Part shown: piece after piece, positions 11,401 through 21,298 of the stretch
Layout: every line of letters starts with the position of its first letter
Numbering within the stretch: position 1 is the first letter of the stretch
DNA from: Massalongia carnosa
Taxonomy: Eukaryota
Length of the DNA: 64,000 nucleotides
NCBI GenBank assembly: GCA_965645245.1
Contig: OZ287075.1
Coordinates: forward strand, 558,001-622,000
Reading direction: 5' to 3'
Position numbers and translations under genes: made by a program
Notes under the pieces: generated by a model
What the model saw: only the letters and a program-made list of their open reading frames with translations
Told to the model about the DNA's origin: nothing
Database searches by the model: none

Positions 11401-12919
11401 GTCATCGGAAGGTCATGATCAAGTAGTGCAGATGCTGCTCGACAAAGGAGCTGATGTCAACGCTCAGAATGGACATTATGGCACCGCACTACAGGCGGCG
11501 TCATTGGGAGGTCATGATCATGTAATGCAGATGCTGCTCGACAAAGGAGCTGATGTCAACGCTCAGGGTGGACAAGATGGCAACGCACTGCAGGCGGCGT
11601 CATCGGGAGGTCATGATCATGTAGTGCAGATGCTGCTCGACAAAGGAGCTGATGTCAACGCTCAGGGTGGACAAGATGGCAACGCACTGCAGGCGGCGTC
11701 ATGGGGAGGTCATGATCAAGTAGTGCAGATGCTGCTCGACAAAGGAGCTGATGTCAACGCTCAGGGTGGACAAGATGACAACGCACTGCAGGCGGCGTCA
11801 TCGGGAGGTCATGATCAAGTAGTGCAGATGCTGCTCGACAAAGGAGCTGATGTTAACGCTCAGGGTGGACAAGATAGCAACGCACTGCAGGCGGCGTCAT
11901 GGAGAGGTCATGATCAAGTAGTGCAGATACTGCTCGACAAAGGAGCTGATGTCAACGCTCAGGGTGGATATTATGGCAACGCACTGCAGGCGGCGTCATC
12001 GGGAGGTCATGATCAAGTAGTGCAAATGCTGCTCGACAAAGGAGCTGATGTCAACGCTCAGGGTGGACAAGATGACAACGCACTGCAGGCGGCGTCATCG
12101 GGAGGTCATGATCAAGTAGTGCAGATGCTGCTCGACAAAGGAGCTGATGTCAACGCTCAGGATGGACATTATGGCACCGCACTGCAGGCGGCGTCATCGG
12201 AAGGTCATGATCAAGTAGTGCAGATGCTGCTCGACAAAGGAGCTGATGTCAACGCTCAGAATGGACATTATGGCACCGCACTGCAGGCGGCGTCATTGGG
12301 AGGTCATGATCAAGTAGTGCAGATGCTGCTCGACAAAGGAGCTGATGTCAACGCTCAGGGTGGATATTATGGCAACGCACTGCAGGCGGCGTCATCGGGA
12401 GGTCATGATCAAGTAGTGCAGATGCTGCTCGACAAAGGAGCTGATGTTAACGCTCAGGGTGGACAAGATAGCAACGCACTGCAGGCGGCGTCATGGAGAG
12501 GTCATGATCAAGTAGTGCAGATACTGCTCGACAAAGGAGCTGATGTCAACGCTCAGGGTGGATATTATGGCAACGCACTGCAGGCGGCGTCATCGGGAGG
12601 TCATGATCAAGTAGTGCAAATGCTGCTCGACAAAGGAGCTGATGTCAACGCTCAGGGTGGACAAGATGACAACGCACTGCAGGCGGCGTCATCGGGAGGT
12701 CATGATCAAGTAGTGCAGATGCTGCTCGACAAAGGAGCTGATGTCAACGCTCAGGATGGACATTATGGCAACGCACTGCAGGCGGCGTCATCGGGAGGTC
12801 ATGATCAAGTAGTGCAGATGCTGCTCGACAAAGGAGCTGGTGTCAACGCTCAGGGTGGACAAGATAGCAACGCACTGCAGGCGGCGTCATCGGAAGGTCA
12901 TGATCAAGTTGTTGAATAG
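8438..12919 (+). CDS. Fungal NLR-like STAND protein: HeLo-like/SesA-type N-terminus + NACHT + about 23 ankyrin repeats, C-terminally truncated by an LTR
   Basis: N-terminus MADPLSVAGSVVGVISLGIQV, HPGTGLW, Walker A GFAGSGKS, Walker B YILLDALDE, FVTSR. Intron 9715-9774 (GTAAGT..CTGAC..TAG) joins KGV/FRWVECQ. Also LPQSLDETYERML and AHFSVQEYL. The stop at 12917-12919 lies inside the LTR. Confidence 0.92.
10661..12909 (+). repeat. Tandem array of 22 full + 1 partial 99-bp ankyrin-coding units
   Basis: The unit NAQ-x6-ALQAAS-xx-GHDQVVQMLLDKGADV repeats with near-identical DNA. Unit 5 has one extra TAT codon. Confidence 0.97.
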
Positions 12920-13145
12920 GTCTATGACTATGGCTATATGACTATGTAAAGATAGGGGCCTGTATGACCATGATGTTAAGGATGCAGAGTTGCTACGGAG
13001 TGCAGAGCAATCTGTTCCTTTTATCTTGGTCACCTCTGCTAAGCGAGATGATAATAGTTTATCCGAGCCTCTATGCGATTAGATTAGATCTTATCTTATC
13101 TAATCTATAGGCTAAGCAATGCTGGTAGAAGTTGAACATTCAACA
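12910..13145 (-). repeat. Copia 3' LTR (236 bp)
   Basis: TGTTGAA...TTCAACA termini; adjacent to the PPT; homologous to 18712-18998. Confidence 0.9.
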
Positions 13146-16100
13146 CCCTCCCTCAAGTTCTGCCAGTACTTGTTCTGATGATCAAAACCGCGCCGCGCGG
13201 TGTGAACTCAACTAGATGAATTCATGTGAAGTTGTCTGATGAAGAGAAGACTTTGACGTGGGTAAGCGGCTTGGTCAGTCCGTCCGCTACCATGTGTTCT
13301 GTTGAAACATAGGTAAGGTCTATTCGACCCTCTGTGACCTCATTCCGTATGAAGTGATGCTGAATGTCGATGTGCTTAGTCCTTGAATGTAAGACGGGAT
13401 TATTGGCTAGTGCTATAGCACTCTGATTATCACCTTTCAATGCTATAGCGCCTTCCCTTTCAAGTACATTCACTGTCGGAGTAGCATCATCCTGCATCAG
13501 GCCGAGTTCTGTCATCAATAAGCGTATCCATATGGTCTCCTTAGCAGCTAAGGTGAGTGCCATATATTCGGCTTCTGTGGATGAGAGGGCAACGGTTTTC
13601 TGTCTTTTTGAGGCCCAACTGATTGGTCCATTGTTCAGCATGAAGACGTATCCGGAGGTGGACTTGCGGTCTTCCTTGTCACCGGCCCAATCAGAATCGG
13701 AATAGCCCTGATAGACAAATCTCCGCCACCAAAGGTAATGCCTCTGTCTCTGGTTGCACTGAGATATCTGAGAATCTGCTTGGCTGCCTCCATGTGTGAT
13801 TTGCCAGGATTTTTGGCATGTCGGCTGACCACTGAGGTCGCGTAGGCAATGTCAGGCCTTGTTTCTATCATAGCAAACATGATGGAGCCGACGATTGCTT
13901 GATACTGTTTAATGTCTGATTCTGAGGCCTGGGATTCATTTCTGAATAGACTGCCTTCTTTCATTGGGGTGGTGGTAGTTTTCGCGTTCTGCATATGAAA
14001 CTTCTCCAGGACCTTTTCGATGTAGGTAGATTGAGATAGTTTGATTGTTCTGTTATCGCGATTTCGTTCTACCTTTAGGCCTAGATAATGACTGATTGAG
14101 CCCATGTCCACCATCTTGAACGCAATGTTCAGTTGTTTCTTGACTTCAGATATCATAGGAGATCCCTTTGGACCTATGATGTTCAGATCATCAACGAAGG
14201 AGGTAACAATTGGACCTCTTATTCCTGCCGAAGAGGAGAAGATACTATGATCTGCGTGAAGTTTGGACAGACCCAGCTTGGTAAGTAGAAATTCGGATAG
14301 CCTTTCATACCATAGGCGTGGAGATTGTTTCAGGCCATAGAGAGCCTTGTTCAGTTTGCAGATCATGCCCGCTTTTTCATATCCTTTGGGCATTTGGACG
14401 TAAATCAATTGATCTATTACCCCATACAAGAATGCTGTGACGACATCAAGCTGTTCGATGTCCAAGTCATGATGAGCTGCTATGGCAAACAATAATCGGA
14501 AGGCCATTGGTTTCACTACGGAGGCATAGGTCTGTTCGAAATCTACTCCGTACTGCTGGAGATAGCCTTTCACCACCCATCTGGATTTGTACCGTGTGAT
14601 ATTTCCATTGACGTCTCGTTTCAGTTTGTATACCCATTTTCCACTGAGAGCAGTATGATTGGGCTCCATATCCTCGGTTCTGACAAGAGTCCATGTTTCG
14701 TTCTCGAGAAGACTGTTGTGTTCATTGTCCATGGAACGACTCCAGCTTTCTGAATGTGGACCTTTCATAGCTTGATGGTATGTCTGAGGTTCAGCTATGT
14801 CGAGTTGAGACAGTGCGTCATAGTCTTCCAATCCTGATGATCCTTCCTTTTCCAAGGTTCTGGCAAGAAGAACGAGTGGATCCTCTGTGTCTATGTCATC
14901 GTATGTAGGAGTATGATTGAGTTCATCTAAAGCTGTGTCTGATAGAAGAGACAATGCGTGTTCTATCTGAGCATGCTTTCTGGGTCTGCCACGTCCACGT
15001 TTTGGAATCGTTGTGGGGGATGAAATGACTGTTGATTTTGATGGAGTGACTGTATCGGGAGTCATGATGACCTCGTATGTAGGAACGTTGGTCTGGTCTT
15101 TGGAGATGGCGTCTTCGTGAATGCGCAGATCTTTGACCCTGATGACCCTGTAGTCCTTTTCCAGAAAGACTCGATAGATCGTGCATCCATCGTACCCACA
15201 CAAGACTCCACGTTGGGCCCGAGGTAGAAATTTGGCCGATTTGCTGTTGGCACCTTTGCGTTCTTCCTCATGAATGAGGACATACACGGTTGATCCCAAC
15301 ACTCGCAGATGATTCAGAGGAGGTGACTTTGACTCGTAAATTTCAAATAGGGTCTTTCCGGATAAAGCATTTGTAGGTCTGACGTTTTTTGTGTGAACCA
15401 TAGCTAAAACCACCTCTGTCCATAGGTAGTCCGGAATGCCTCCTGCAATGATGGTACATCTAGTCATGTCCATGATAGTTCTGCCTGTTCATTCAGACAC
15501 ACCGTTTTGTTCCTGTGAATACGGTGCGGAGGGTTCAAACGTTATCCCTTCTTTCAGGAACCAATCATCCGATTTCAGACTTCGAAGTTCTGTGCCGAAA
15601 TCAGTTCGAAAGATGTTTATTGGCTTGCTCTTTCCTGTCTTGTTCTGAGCTAGACTGTAGTATGTCAACAGATGGTCAAACCATTCGCTCTTCTTGATGC
15701 CTGTATACACATGAGTGTATCTGCTGGCATCGTAGGTGAAGGTAAAGAAGTACTGTTCTTCAAGAAGTCCTGCTGGTTTGATGGGTCCTACTAGATCGGA
15801 ATGAACCTTTTGAAAGATGCCTGTTGCTCTCTCCTGAGGTGTCCGGTTGTATATCTTAGTGGCCTTTCCGAGTTCACAGGATGAACAGTACCAATCTTTG
15901 TTCACGTTGTCTGAGTACGACACATCGAGTCTTTTCAGAAAAGCTCGGCAGGTAATCAGGTTTAAATGACCAAGGCGCGCATGCCATGTTAACAGGTCTG
16001 TTATGGCTGACGTGTGGTAGACTGATGTGTTCGGCCACTGAAAGGTGCTCTCATCTGTCTGCATAAGATGTGTAGCCACGTCTGGGGCGTCCAAGGTCTT

Positions 16101-17839
16101 TAGTACAAAGGTTGTATTGACTCTTGGCACATAGCCTATGATGTTCTGACTGATCCCGTTGAATAGGGTCCAGTTAACATTGTCATAGTAGATGTTGTTT
16201 TGGTTGAGTAGTGCCAGACTGACGAGGTTCACTGGACACTGGAATGAAAAGAGCGTTGATCAGTATTAATACTGACGAGGGTGAGTCGTCCTGTAGTGCC
16301 AACGTTTTCCGGATCATTCCCCTCCCTGGAGACGTGCCATCTGATGTAGATCCTGCCAGACCTGTGGAGCGTGTTATGTAATTGATGAACGACGGCCTGT
16401 GATTGCATACGTGCATGTCCGCTGCGCTGTCTAGTAGCCAGGTGTCTCTGTTGAGATGGTTGATGGTCATGACCTTCTGTAGAGTGGTAGTCATGACTAC
16501 TGTGAGTCAACTGCTCACTGTAGGAGTTGTAGTGACTGTGGTGTCTGGAGTTGACGTGGTGACTTCTGGCTTGGAGTTCTTTTGTCTCTTGACCCTCCCT
16601 AATTCAGCCGTGTCTCCTCTCGCCCGTTTTAGATGGGGGAATTTCTGGAAACACTCATCTGACCAATGTCGTGTTCTGTTCCTATTTACACACTCTGGAA
16701 CGGTGCGGCTTCCGATAGGTGCTCTACCTCTGTTGGAAGCGCCAGTGTGAAAAGCCTTGACAGTTAGGTTTCGTGCATAGGCTATGAGGATTTTTGTTGT
16801 TTCCGAAAGGTTTGTGGTGTCGTGCGTCCAGTCCCTGCGGAGTTGTGCAATGAGCGGGTCATACTTGTCTGTGCAGTTACCAAGCAGCATTCCCTGCAGT
16901 ACAAACTCTATGGAGTCGACGTTCACCTTGACCTCTTCGATCAACATGTCCTTGATCTGATTGAAGGCACCGTCATACTCTGAACAGTATTGACTGACTG
17001 TGTTGAAGTCTCTCATCTTTTTCGTACTAACCCTCAAGATGACATCCGTGATGCTCATTGGTGCCACGTCCTGGAATCTATTCTTCAGAATGGCCCACAT
17101 CTCGGCAGCGGTCTTGTTATTGATGAGGTTGTAGTGACATGGTGCAACCAGTCCATGGATGATTCCAATAGCCTTGGTCATCTCGGTTTTCTGTCTGTTC
17201 TTATCATCCCGAAGTTCTTTGACGAGGATGCTGGTAGTAAGACTGGCCGGAGTAAACCCTGATACGATGAGGCTCTCTCTGATGGAGTCCAATGAGATCT
17301 CTGGTTGGGTTTCCAGAATGGCTGTGTCACAGTTATTCTTCAGCAGAATACCTCTGGTGTAACTAGCCCATGCTGAGTAGTGTTCCGAGTTCTCTAGAAG
17401 GTGAGGCTTCTCTGTGGAACTGTTGATTTCAGGAAGAGACATGATGAAGTCAGATGAAGAAGAGGTCTCTAGTAAACTTCTGTAGACTGAAAGGTATATA
17501 AATTTCTGAGATTGGTGCAGGAGTAGGATGTGCACTGGAATGAATGGAGGAGATGGGAATATGTGATCTAGTTATAGACAAAACATTTCCCTTCCTTTGT
17601 CATCAAACTGTGATGTTCCTTTCTTTGCCACAACGCTTGTACCCTCATGAAAGAACTCTCTTCAGATGGTGGAACTTTCACTTGGTGGTGTGGAGATAGG
17701 GGCTGTCGGAACCACGGGCCTGTTAAATGGAATAAGGTTTTTTCCGGATTCCGAATTTCCGATTGAGGCGTTCTGCTTAATTGAAGTCTGATTACTCCAT
17801 CTGTATACGCGTAGACTAGTCAGAAAGTCTGCTAATGAA

Positions 17840-18278
17840 TGATGCAGCAAGGATCAAACCTTGGAACTGAATTTCCGAAGTCTGTCTCTGGATCAAAGTA
17901 TGTTGAGTGGTGATGCAGCAAAAGTCAGAATGAAGTCTGCCCTTGGGTCAACGTCAGTTAATTGATGATTCAGCAGAAATCAGAGTTTCATGAGTGGTCA
18001 AGGCCGCGCTGCGCGGTTTTTGAACAAAACTCAGTGAAAAGGTCTGTTCCTAGGTCAAAGTCAAATGAATGATGATGCAGCAGAGGTCACTCATTGGAAC
18101 TGGTCCACTGGAGTCTGTCTCTGGGTCAATGTCAAATGAGTGATGATGCAGCAGAGGTCAAACCTTGGAGCTAGTCCACTGGAGTCTGCCTCTGGGTCAA
18201 AAGTCAAATGGATGGTGATGCAGCAGAGGTTAAACAATGGAATTGGTCCACTAGAGTCTGCCTCTGGGTCAACGTCAT
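17840..18278 (-). repeat. About 72-bp degenerate tandem repeats in the Copia 5' leader
   Basis: The motif GAGTCTGYCTCTGGGTCAA...TGATGCAGCAGAGGT recurs at about 72-bp spacing (18110, 18181, 18253), with decayed copies to the left. Confidence 0.75.
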
Positions 18279-18711
18279 CCTCCGGAGTGCCTCTCAGATA
18301 TTCGGGCATGAGAGCATTCTGATGGTCTGATATGAAGAGAATGTCTTCTGATGCTTGTAGTCTGGCAAAGAGCCTCTCTGCTTATGATGTAGATGATTTC
18401 AATGCTCTTTCTGATAACCCTTTGTAGGTAGGGAACGCTGGATCAGGTGACGTTCTTGTTAAACGTCTCTATCTGATTGAGAGGTTGTCATGATGTGCTT
18501 TCACGAAGCTGTTCAACTAGCTAGACTTGCGGGTGCGAATCCCGCCTGATTCAGGTCTGTAAACAAGTAGAGATTTAGTCTTTGCATTGTCCGTCTAGTT
18601 CTTTTCGAGAAAGGATAATGATGCTCAGCTAATGATTTTGCATCGTGATGCTGCGGATAAGAATTGCTTCGATTCCTGTATGATCGATAGCGCCCTTCCG
18701 GGCTCATAACC

Positions 18712-18998
18712 TGTTGAATAAGTCTATGACTATGGCTATATGACTATGTAAAGATAGGACCTGTATGACCATGATGTTAAGGATGCAGAGTTGCTACGAG
18801 CAATCTGTTCCTTTTATCTTGGTCACCTCTGCTAAGCGAGTGATTTCCGAGCCTAGGTTGCTTAATCCGCCACTAAGAGGGATTAAGTAACCGATGCGGC
18901 TAGACTAGATATGATCTTATCTAATCTATAGTCTAACCCTATCTGGTTCACTCACAGTTTCCATTGGTGCTCTGCTGGTAGAAGTTGAACATTCAACA
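18712..18998 (-). repeat. Copia 5' LTR (287 bp)
   Basis: TGTTGAA...TTCAACA termini; adjacent to the PBS. Confidence 0.9.
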
Positions 18999-19023
18999 TA
19001 AATTCACGAGTTTTGATATTTAT

Positions 19024-19194
19024 TGTAACGGTTCGACAATGCGTGGTGCGGACGGCAGGACCTACAGCGAACATAGCAGGAGTCCCAGTTATAGTAGAAT
19101 AGAGCTTGGTCTGCGGACTAAGTATTGTGCCTTTTGGTCGGGAAGGACAGGTGGCGCAATGGTAGAAATCTATTCACTATCTCGCTTCGTCACA
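19024..19194. mobile_element. Solo LTR (171 bp)
   Basis: TGTAACG...CGTCACA termini with a perfect 5-bp TSD TTTAT (19019-19023, 19195-19199). Confidence 0.75.
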
Positions 19195-19226
19195 TTTATT
19201 AATGTCAATTATATAAACAAATCTAT

Positions 19227-19702
19227 TGTAACGTCAGCGCAACGTCTTTAGGGTCAGTAAAGGTGGGCAATCAAGTATGAGCTGGGTTAGGCTTATCTGG
19301 AATATCACTTCTGGGTTACTGATTGTCAGATGATGAGGCCACCATCAATATAGGCATCCATCGTGAGCCCCGGGAGGTGCCTGGCAAATTGCCAGAACAA
19401 GCAGATATGGGAGCCTAGGTCTGACCGTCAGGGTGCCTAAACAAGCAGATATAGTGGGACAAGGTCTGACCGATAAGACTCCTAGATGTGACTGTTTTGT
19501 GACTGCTATATAAAGCAGACAAATAGCCCACATAGATAATTACCTTCAATGACAATCATGCTATAGCACCTACACGTGAATCTACCGTTCATTACTGATG
19601 AGTTAACTGCGAGGAATCTAGCTGAAGGGAAGATAGGCTTCCTTATATACATGATGGGTGATGAGTACTCTAGTACGGGTCGCTCTCCTGCATGGTCCCT
19701 GA
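19227..19702. mobile_element. Partial LTR-like segment cut by the AcademH-like element
   Basis: Starts TGTAACGTCAGC, has an internal direct repeat of about 44 bp (AACAAGCAGATAT...GGTCTGACCG) and a TATATAAAG. A matching inverted end GCTGACGTTTCA lies at 30308-30319. No TSD. Confidence 0.45.
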
Positions 19703-19840
19703 TTGCCTCAGTACCTCAGACGTGCGTGGCTCAATGAGCCGGCTAAGCCCCTCCGGGTTAGCCTATTTTCGCTAAGCCCCTTCGGGTTAGCGTCGCTGCT
19801 GACTAACATCAGTGCGATAGCACGTCTGAGCGCAAAACTC
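19703..19840 (+). repeat. Left terminal inverted repeat
   Basis: TTGCCTCAGTACCTCAGACGTGCGTGGCTC...GGGTTAGCG...GCACGTCTGAGCGCAAAACTC; reverse complement of 29896-30037. Confidence 0.92.
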
Positions 19841-20134
19841 AAAATTACGGCCAGATCCGCGTAATAAAAATTTTAACAGTGCAACCATTCCTTCTATGAC
19901 CCTTATCGGTGCCGTTACCTTCGCTTGCGCTGGGGGGGCTTTTAATTGGATGAATTGATTTGAATGCTTGAATTTGATTGGGCATGGGAACGACACAGGT
20001 CAGCCCGGGCAGGCCTAGGCACGTGACTCGGGGTCGGTGCTGAGGTGAGAACCTCATCTTCTAGGCCCGAGGCGTCTGCTGACGCTCAACGATCCGATAG
20101 ATGATGCCCGACGGCAGTGCCCGACGGCGATGAT

Positions 20135-21298
20135 CTAGATGGAGGTGCCCGGCGGCGCTCCGGATCGATGCCCTGGTTGACCTGTACGCCCAATGGGATG
20201 CCCAATTGAGTAGGGGTAGGAGTTTGTAGGATTCGTCTCGGCGACGACAGCACGTGGGACTGCTAGAGGGATGCCTTTTTGAAAACTGAGGTTCAAATTG
20301 AATAGTGAGGCCTGGGACGTCTGAAAGTATAGCTGAAACGCGTTTGATGACCATCTTCCGAGTCTCTGAATACTCTCATCCAGCATCCCGTGGTCGGCGG
20401 CGTGTTGTGCTGCTCCTTTTCTGAAGCTGTGTCCCGAGTATGCCGAGTCGTTGATGCCGACGGCTATCAGTCTCTTTTTCAGGGATGCTATGACGGAGGC
20501 TCTGGTGAATGCGGTGCCGAGACGAAAAAGCGGGGATGTAGATGGCTGAGGATCATTTCTGAAAAGACGCCGTAGTGCTGTCACGGGGCAAGTGCTCTCA
20601 TTGGTCGCTGCCAGCACTATCTGAACTCCTGAGTGATTTGTGTCTGTTTTGCTTCTTTTGAGACGTAATGTCGCGTATTGATCGTTCTCGGCGAATGAGA
20701 TGTCACCTCGTGTAGGTTTCAATCTCTGAAAAGATGTCTTCTTACGATCAGCGACAGTGTAGGTGATTTCCCCGAGTCTGAGGAACCCTGCCCATGCAAC
20801 TTTGAATGTCGCGTCGATGTTGAGGTCTTCGGCCGAATGAGCGGGAATACTGGTGATTTTTGTCAGTAATTCTTTTGAAATGGGTAGGCGTCTTCTTTTT
20901 GTCTGAGAAAAGATCCTTTTTCCCCCTTTCAGCATCAATTGAAGTCTCGGCCCCTCGAATGGGGTGAGGCCGTATCCTCGGTCTACATGGTATGATCTGA
21001 GGCCGGCGAGGTAGCTCGCTGCCGTCTCTGGTTTTATCTTTCCCTGCTTGGGTGTGCCGCCCCCGTATAGTCGACCGGCTAGCCATTCCTCGAGGGACTC
21101 GGTTGTTGCAGGCCACGACGTGCGTCCCGTCGTCGCGCAGAATGCCTCGTATGAGTCGATCGCCGTCCCGTACCCTTTTCTCGTGTCCGCCGAGTGTCCG
21201 TGCCAGACGAGACGTTTTACCAGGGCTGACCCTGGTGTGGAGGATAGGTAGGTGGAGGGAGGTTCATCGAATTGTATGGGTTCTGCCAATGAGGGCAA
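20135..21298 (-). CDS. Tyrosine recombinase of the YR retrotransposon
   Basis: Catalytic residues R (FLRLGE), K (LKRSKTD), HxxR (GHSFRKGAA), W (LGRW) and Y (AFQLY). N-terminal core-binding-like region (SYLAGLRSYH). No ATG at the 5' end of the ORF. Confidence 0.92.
   Translation of the reverse strand: MPSLAEPIQFDEPPSTYLSSTPGSALVKRLVWHGHSADTRKGYGTAIDSYEAFCATTGRTSWPATTESLEEWLAGRLYGGGTPKQGKIKPETAASYLAGLRSYHVDRGYGLTPFEGPRLQLMLKGGKRIFSQTKRRRLPISKELLTKITSIPAHSAEDLNIDATFKVAWAGFLRLGEITYTVADRKKTSFQRLKPTRGDISFAENDQYATLRLKRSKTDTNHSGVQIVLAATNESTCPVTALRRLFRNDPQPSTSPLFRLGTAFTRASVIASLKKRLIAVGINDSAYSGHSFRKGAAQHAADHGMLDESIQRLGRWSSNAFQLYFQTSQASLFNLNLSFQKGIPLAVPRAVVAETNPTNSYPYSIGHPIGRTGQPGHRSGAPPGTSI

Larger units (their letters stand above)
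12910..18998 (-). mobile_element. Ty1/Copia LTR retrotransposon, degenerate, with non-identical LTRs
   Basis: LTRs at 12910-13145 and 18712-18998 (TGTTGAA...TTCAACA). PBS GGTTATGAGCCC at 18711-18700 and PPT AGAACTTGAGGGAGGG next to 13146. Domain order: gag (AAEMWAILKNRF), protease (WLLDSAADMH), integrase (WHARLGH, HSDLVGP, QNGVSE), RT (SFVDDL), RNase H (SSTEAEY, DNQSAI). Broken by frameshifts near 16510, 16240 and 13705 and by TGA at 15489-15491. Confidence 0.95.

Noticed and set aside
12905..19003. CAAGT/TAAAT as a mutated TSD of the Copia element
   Set aside because: It would need two changes in 5 bp, and the ankyrin sequence does not resume after the right LTR.
19594..19630. Hammerhead ribozyme core (CTGATGAG...GAAG)
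   Set aside because: The required GAAA and the flanking stems I/III were not found.
20135..21298. YR as a Starship captain or Crypton transposase
   Set aside because: It is short and overlaps an RT-RNase H ORF downstream of a gag, which is the DIRS/Ngaro arrangement.
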